From: Betaproteobacteria bacterium
GTDB taxonomy: Bacteria; Pseudomonadota; Gammaproteobacteria; Burkholderiales; Casimicrobiaceae
NCBI GenBank assembly: GCA_016717855.1
Contig: JADKEV010000035.1
Span: 9,097 to 73,096, forward strand
DNA length: 64,000 nucleotides
Reading direction: 5' to 3'
Each line of letters begins with the position of its first letter. Within the stretch, counting starts at the first letter, position 1. The position numbers and the translations under genes are program-made. Below, in pieces: positions 59,251-64,000 of the stretch. The notes below the pieces were generated by a model. The model ran no database searches. It was not told the origin of the DNA and saw nothing but the letters and a program-made list of their open reading frames with translations.

Positions 59251-60261
59251 CTATTCCGCTTTCACGCCGGAGTTCCTGACGACGCGCGCGAACGCCTCGG
59301 TCTCCTCCTTCACGATTCGGGCCGAACGCTCGGGATCGGCGGCAAGTATCTCGTAGGCCAGCTCCTCGATTCGCCTGGCCACCTCGGGCGAGGCGAGCGC
59401 CTTCGCGAGCGTATCGTGCAGCGTCGCGATGACCGCCTTCGGGGTCTTCGCCGGCGCCGTGAAGCCGATGATGATCGATCCTTCCCCGCCGGTCACGCCC
59501 TGTTCGGCGAAGGTCGGGACGTTGGGCAGGCCGGCGAAGCGGCGGGCGCCGGTGATGGCCAGCGCGCGCATCTTGCCCGAGGCGATGTGTCCCCGGACCG
59601 TTCCCGGCACGGAGAACATCATCGGCACCTGTCCGCCCAGTACATCGGTGACGGCCGGCCCGGCCCCCTTGTACGGGACGTGAACGATGTCGAGCCCGGC
59701 CGTGGTCTTGAACATCTCGGCGGCCAGGTGGACCGGCGTGCCGCTGCCCGCCGACGCATACGACAGCGAGCCCGGCTTCGCGCGCGCCAGCGCGAGCAGT
59801 TCGGCCAGCGTGTTGGCGGCAAAGGACGGATTCACCACCAGCACCAGCGGTCCCTTGCCGACCACCATGATCGGCGTCAGGTCGCGCTGCGCGTCGTAAG
59901 GCAATTTCGCGTAGAGCGTTGCGTTGATCGCCAGCGCGCTGTCGAACAGGCCGATCGTATAGCCGTCGGGCGCGGCTTTCGCGACGTAGTCGGTGCCGAT
60001 GTTGCTGCCCGCGCCGCCGCGGTTTTCCACGACGATAGGCTGCTTGAGCAACTCGCTCCAGGCCGGGACGAGCAATCTGGCCACGATGTCGCCGGTGCCG
60101 CCGGGCGGGTAGGGCACGATCAGGTGGACTGGCTTGTTGGGATAGGCGTCCTGCGCCGCCGCCATCCCGCACGAGGCGACGGCCAGCAAGGCTCCCAGGA
60201 AAAAACGTCGCCGGCGGGCCAGGGCATCCGCCCCCGCGCACCAGCACCAGCACCGATTCAA
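59251..60261 (-). CDS. Bug-family (TctC-like) substrate-binding protein
   Basis: Leader ARRRRFFLGALLAVAS is followed by YPNKPVHLIVPYPPGGTGDIVARLLV...GGAGSNIG..APDGYTIG. Confidence 0.9.
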   Translation of the reverse strand: MNRCWCWCAGADALARRRRFFLGALLAVASCGMAAAQDAYPNKPVHLIVPYPPGGTGDIVARLLVPAWSELLKQPIVVENRGGAGSNIGTDYVAKAAPDGYTIGLFDSALAINATLYAKLPYDAQRDLTPIMVVGKGPLVLVVNPSFAANTLAELLALARAKPGSLSYASAGSGTPVHLAAEMFKTTAGLDIVHVPYKGAGPAVTDVLGGQVPMMFSVPGTVRGHIASGKMRALAITGARRFAGLPNVPTFAEQGVTGGEGSIIIGFTAPAKTPKAVIATLHDTLAKALASPEVARRIEELAYEILAADPERSARIVKEETEAFARVVRNSGVKAE

Positions 60262-60302
60262 TCGCAGTCATCACGTTCTCCTTGTCGAAGGTTTCAATGG
60301 GT

Positions 60303-61289
60303 TCAAACCGCGCGTGCGGTTGCCTGGTAGATCATGTCCTGCAACTCGACCGCGCGCACGCAGGCCGCCACGGGCACCGGTGGCGGGCTGCCGGACTCGA
60401 AGGCATCCAGCGCCGCATTGGCCATGGCGGCATAGGCATGGTGCGGCGTGGGCACGACGCGTTCTTCGAGTGCGGCGCCGCGCCGGTGGATACGCAGTTT
60501 GCCGTTGCATTCGTGCAGGTAAGCGCCCGTCGTGGCGATGCGCCACTCGTAATCGCCGCCTTCCTGCATGTTGGCATACGTGTAGCCCGCCTCCATGCTT
60601 GCCGTGAAGCCATCGGCAGTCGCGAAGATCGCGGTGGCAAAGTCCTCGGTGGCGCCGTGGTAGCCAATGGAACTGGTGCGACCGCCGACCAGCGTCAGGA
60701 CGCGGTCCCCGGCAAGGGTGGCAATAGCGTCGGTCGAGTGGACGCCCAGGTTGCGCAAGGCGCCGCCGCCGGAAAGCGCCGGATCGAGCATCCACGGCAC
60801 GCCGTAGTCGATGTAGCGCGAGGGCGGGCCGTTGATGGTGCGGAAGTGGGCGTGCATCACGGTTCCGAGCGCGTCGTGCGCGACGAGCTCGCGATACGCA
60901 TCCCAGATCCCGAGATACCGGTTGGGAAAGCAGACCGAGGCGAAGACGCCCGCGCGGCGGATGGCATCGGCGGAAGTGCGCGCTTCGACCGCGTTGCGAC
61001 CCATCGGCTTCTCGACCAGCATCGGAATGCCGTGCGCGGCAACGATGCCGATATCCATGCTGGCGCGATCGTGGCGCGGCAGCACCACGGCGAGATCCGG
61101 TCGCGCCGTCCGCAACAACGCCGCGGTATCGGGCAGGAACGGGATGCCTTCGCGCGCGGCCACGCCGGCGCCGGCTGCCGCGTCGGCATCGGAGGCGCCC
61201 ACCACGCGAGCCCCCCGTGCGGCCAGCATGCGCAGGTAGCGCGGCGCATGCCAGTGGGTGATGCCGACGATGACGACTGCAAGGGCCAA
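60303..61289 (-). CDS. Gfo/Idh/MocA family oxidoreductase
   Basis: N-terminal ALAVVIVGITHWHAPRYLRMLAARGARVVG, MLVEKPMG and the C-terminal dimerisation-type domain are present. The proposed start is a TTG at 61289. Confidence 0.8.
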   Translation of the reverse strand: MALAVVIVGITHWHAPRYLRMLAARGARVVGASDADAAAGAGVAAREGIPFLPDTAALLRTARPDLAVVLPRHDRASMDIGIVAAHGIPMLVEKPMGRNAVEARTSADAIRRAGVFASVCFPNRYLGIWDAYRELVAHDALGTVMHAHFRTINGPPSRYIDYGVPWMLDPALSGGGALRNLGVHSTDAIATLAGDRVLTLVGGRTSSIGYHGATEDFATAIFATADGFTASMEAGYTYANMQEGGDYEWRIATTGAYLHECNGKLRIHRRGAALEERVVPTPHHAYAAMANAALDAFESGSPPPVPVAACVRAVELQDMIYQATARAV

Positions 61290-61827
61290 GGTGGTGCCGC
61301 GACGATCACGTCGTTCGGGAAAATCGCCACGCCGCCGCAATCGATCGGCTCCTGCCAGTCCACGAATGTCAGGCCGGTCACCGAGGCGGGCGCGGCGCCC
61401 CTGGCACCACACCGGCAGGCCGGTCGACAGGACGCCCGATGCATCCCTCACCACGCCGTCGGTGACGAGGGCCGCCACGCCGATCCTGCGCATCCGGGCG
61501 CAGAGGATGTCGCCGAAAATGCCGGCATCGGTGACGCCCATGGCGCCCGCCACGCAGATGCACCCGGGCAGCATCGCCTCGACCGCGGTGCGGGTGGAGA
61601 TCGGGAAGACCAGGCGGCGGCGTCGCGAGATCTTCGCGCGCGGAGATGAAGCGCAGCGTGAAGGCACGTCCGACCGCGCGGGGCTGGCCGGGCGCCAGCG
61701 GTTTCGTTCCCCGCAGCCAGACGTTGCGCAGCCCCTTCTTGAGCAGGACCGTGGTCACGGTCGCCGTGGACACGCTACCGAGCGCATGCACCAGCGTTGG
61801 ATCGATAGCCTGCACTTCGATGCCCAT
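61290..61827 (-). pseudogene. RraA-family (dimethylmenaquinone methyltransferase-like) protein; three frame changes and apparently lacking its last ~50 codons
   Basis: MGIEVQAIDPTLVHALGSVSTATVTTVLLKKGLRNVWLRG...FTLRFISAREDLATP / AWSS / PISTRTAVEAMLPGCICVAGAMGVTDAGIFGDILCARMRRIGVAALVTDGVVRD...LPVWCQG / AAPASVTGLTFVDWQEPIDCGGVAIFPNDVIVA. The Gfo gene start follows directly. Confidence 0.65.
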
Positions 61828-62000
61828 CTCCGAATCCTTTCGAGTCGCCGCGCCGCACATTCTATCTGCAACGCCGGAGCGCCCGCTGCGCTGCCTGCCC
61901 TTTTTCGTGCAAGTCACGTCCGCCTGGCCGGGCCGCGCTCTCACCTCAAACCGGTTCCCGCGCACAATGGCGGCTCCAGTGATCTCCGGCCCACGCCTCC

Positions 62001-62375
62001 ATGAACATTCGCAACCGACCGGATAACGCGCCCGGCGGACTCGTCTACTCGACCGACGGTGGCCGGATGTGCCCCGGTTGCCGCCAACCCGTCGTGCAGT
62101 GCCGGTGCGCGCGCGTGCCGGCCGCTCCCGCCGGCGACGGCGTCGTGCGCGTCACGCGCGAAGCCAAGGGGCGTGGCGGAAAAGTCGTCACGGTCATCCG
62201 GGGGCTCGGGCTCGATGCGGCCGCGCTGAGCGCGCTCGGCAAGTCGCTGAAGACCGCGTGCGGCACTGGCGGCACCGTGAAGGACGGAACGATCGAATTG
62301 CAGGGCGACCATTGCGAACGCGCCATCGCGGCCCTGAAAGTCCAGGGCCACGCGGTCAAGCGGGCCGGCGGCTAG
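62001..62375 (+). CDS. yciH: SUI1/eIF1-family translation initiation factor-like protein
   Basis: LVYSTDGGRMCPGC....C.C and GVVRVTREAKGRGGKVVTVIRGL.LD...L..LGKSLKTACGTGGTVKDGTIELQGDH motifs are present. Confidence 0.9.
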   Translation: MNIRNRPDNAPGGLVYSTDGGRMCPGCRQPVVQCRCARVPAAPAGDGVVRVTREAKGRGGKVVTVIRGLGLDAAALSALGKSLKTACGTGGTVKDGTIELQGDHCERAIAALKVQGHAVKRAGG

Positions 62376-62383
62376 GCGGCCCG

Positions 62384-62605
62384 GTGCAGCCACAGGATCT
62401 GCAACGGCTGGTGACGCTGGAAATGCCGTTCGGCAAGTTCAAGGGCCGCGTCCTCGCCGACCTCCCGAGCCACTACCTGGCCTGGTTCGCGCGCGCGGGC
62501 TTTCCGCCCGGCGAGATCGGCCGGCTGCTGGCGCTGATGCACGAGATCGATCGCAACGGGTTGCGTGCGCTGCTGGAGCCGCTGCGCGCCCGCCCGCGCG
62601 CATAA
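62384..62605 (+). CDS. DUF3820 family protein
   Basis: LEMPFGKFKGRVLADLPSHYLAWFARAGFPPGEIGRLLALMHEID is present. The GTG start is proposed. Confidence 0.75.
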   Translation: MQPQDLQRLVTLEMPFGKFKGRVLADLPSHYLAWFARAGFPPGEIGRLLALMHEIDRNGLRALLEPLRARPRA

Positions 62606-62634
62606 TCAAATCCGATCCTTTGGGAAGACACGCC

Positions 62635-63627
62635 ATGCTTGCCGCAATCTATCGCCGTACCGGCCCGGCTGCCGAAGTGCTGGCCATCGAGGAACTGCCG
62701 ACGCCGACCCCCGGCCCGGGCGAAGTCCGCGCGAGGGTGTCGTGGTCGGGGATCAATCCTTCGGACGTGAAGTCGCGCGCCGGGCTGCGCAACAAGACGC
62801 TGCCGTTCCCGTGGATCGTGCCGCACAGCGACGGCGCCGGCGTGATCGACCAGGCGGGCGAGGGCGTCGACGCCGCGCGGATCGGCGAGCGTGTCTGGTT
62901 GTGGAACGCCGCATGGGGCCGCGCGTGCGGGACGGCGGCCGAGTACGTCGTGCTGCCCGCGATGCAGGCGGTGCGCCTGCCCGATGGCATCGATCCCGCC
63001 GCCGGCGCCTGCCTGGGCATACCCGCGCTCACCGCGTATCACGCGGTCATGGTCGACGGCGGCGTCGCCGGCAAGAGCGTGCTCGTCGCCGGCGGCGCGG
63101 GGGCGGTCGGCCATTACGCGATCCAGTTGGCGAAGCTGCGGGGGGCGAGACAGGTCGTCGCAACGGTCAGCAGCGAGGAGAAAGCAGCCCTCGCCCGCGC
63201 CGCCGGGGCCGACCTGGTGGTGAACTACAAGAGCGAAGACGTGGTGCGCAAGTGCCTGGACTTCACCGGCGGCGCCGGGCTGGAGCGCATCATCGAAGTC
63301 GACCTGGCCGCGAACGCGATGACCGACCTCGCGGTCCTGCGCCCGGAAGCCGATATTGTCGTCTATGGCAGCGGCGCGGCCGAAGCCGCCATTCCGTTCT
63401 TCCCGGCCATCGTCAAGCATGCGCGGCTGCGCTTTTTCATCGTCTACAACCTGAATCCGGAGGACCGGGCGCGCGCCATCGCGGATCTCACGCAGTTGCT
63501 TGCGACCAACAGGTTGCAGCACAACATCGCCGCCCGCCTGCCGTTGGCGCGGATCGCCGAGGCGCACGAACTCGTCGAGGGCGGCCGCGTGGTGGGGAAC
63601 GTGGTGCTGGAGGTCGGCCAGGCGTAA
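62635..63627 (+). CDS. MDR-superfamily NADPH:quinone reductase-like oxidoreductase (paralogue of 54194-55195)
   Basis: MLAAIYRRTGPAAEVLAIEELPTPTPGPGEVRARVSWSGINPSDVKSRAG... is collinear with, and very similar to, the earlier copy over the full length. Confidence 0.85.
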   Translation: MLAAIYRRTGPAAEVLAIEELPTPTPGPGEVRARVSWSGINPSDVKSRAGLRNKTLPFPWIVPHSDGAGVIDQAGEGVDAARIGERVWLWNAAWGRACGTAAEYVVLPAMQAVRLPDGIDPAAGACLGIPALTAYHAVMVDGGVAGKSVLVAGGAGAVGHYAIQLAKLRGARQVVATVSSEEKAALARAAGADLVVNYKSEDVVRKCLDFTGGAGLERIIEVDLAANAMTDLAVLRPEADIVVYGSGAAEAAIPFFPAIVKHARLRFFIVYNLNPEDRARAIADLTQLLATNRLQHNIAARLPLARIAEAHELVEGGRVVGNVVLEVGQA

Positions 63628-63721
63628 GGACTTCGCTGCGCCGCCGTCCCGGGCAGATGGGCTGGCCCCTGTCCGGGCGCGTACCTCTCCGGCGCCCGGG
63701 GCGCGGCGCCGCAACGCGCGC

Positions 63722-64000
63722 TCAGCCCGCCGGCTTCGCCCTTTGCGACGGCGGCTTCCGACCCAACCTTCCGACTCGTCATTGACCTTCTGAAGTGCGG
63801 ACGCTCGCCCAGCATCTTCAAATTAGGCTTGAGCTGCGGAACGGATTCCAGCGCATCCTTGCCGATGCCAGCCTTGAGGTCATCGAGATCAGCGGCAGGC
63901 TCACGAAGGCGACGCAATCGGCGAACGTTAATTCCTTGCCGGGATGTGCGGATCAAACTTCGCCAGCTTCGGAAACACGCGCACGCGCTTGGCGAGGTCC
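63722..64000 (-). pseudogene. 3' part of a glutathione S-transferase-like gene (runs off the window); two to three frame changes
   Basis: DLAKRVRVFPKLAKFDPHI / GKELTFADCVAFVSLPLISMTS / KAGIGKDALESVPQLKPNLKMLGERPHF / QKVNDE lie in successive frames, matching the GST C-terminal domain pattern. The 3' end is only approximate. Confidence 0.5.

Overview
High-GC (roughly two-thirds G+C by eye) proteobacterial chromosomal segment. It is most consistent with a betaproteobacterium of the Burkholderiales type, given three Bug/TctC-family binding proteins and IPTL-CTERM cargo proteins; this placement is an inference and no search was run. Gene content in order:
- 0-9.4 kb: GntR regulator, Bug binding proteins, a NitT/TauT-type ABC transporter, an RraA-like aldolase, a beta-hydroxyacid dehydrogenase and a Tat-exported amidohydrolase.
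- 9.4-17.8 kb: an AtzE/AtzG-like amidase pair, a split UxaA-type dehydratase, an aldo-keto reductase and a LacI-controlled sugar ABC system that has no ATPase gene.
- 17.8-19.4 kb: a rearrangement scar with an orphan membrane gene, a truncated dodecin gene and csbD.
- 19.5-27.3 kb: a receptor Ser/Thr kinase, a secreted partner and two tandem giant LamG/Ig/dockerin-like secreted proteins.
- 27.7-29.4 kb: an hsp20 plus ankyrin-DsbA fusion operon.
- 29.7-35.9 kb: an IPTL-CTERM beta-helix protein next to a B12-radical SAM enzyme, an 810-aa polytopic spermidine-synthase-like protein and a signal-peptide-bearing PIMT.
- 36-43.5 kb: an esterase, ppdK and a 1130-aa DUF11 adhesin with five near-identical 402-bp repeats and an IPTL-CTERM tail.
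- 44-51.8 kb: an operon encoding an NfnAB-like pair, KorAB and a 738-aa protein with a ferredoxin tail. It contains a 23-nt poly-G tract at the junction of the two Nfn-like genes.
- 52-64 kb: a CaCA antiporter, an IPTL remnant, higBA, two paralogous MDR quinone reductases bracketing a frame-broken gene set, a secreted ECWNP tandem-repeat protein, yciH, DUF3820 and a GST fragment.

I saw no rRNA, tRNA, CRISPR array, transposase or integrase. One observation cuts across the whole window. About two dozen reading-frame breaks sit at short homopolymers and are very unevenly distributed. Calls labelled pseudogene may therefore be assembly artefacts.

The best candidates for undescribed biology are:
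- the IPTL-CTERM neighbourhood
- the Nfn/Kor/738-aa operon with its G23 tract
- the ECWNP repeat protein
- the hsp20 plus ankyrin-DsbA operon
- the LamG/dockerin pair

All functional calls come from motif recognition by eye, start codons are approximate, and no database search was possible.
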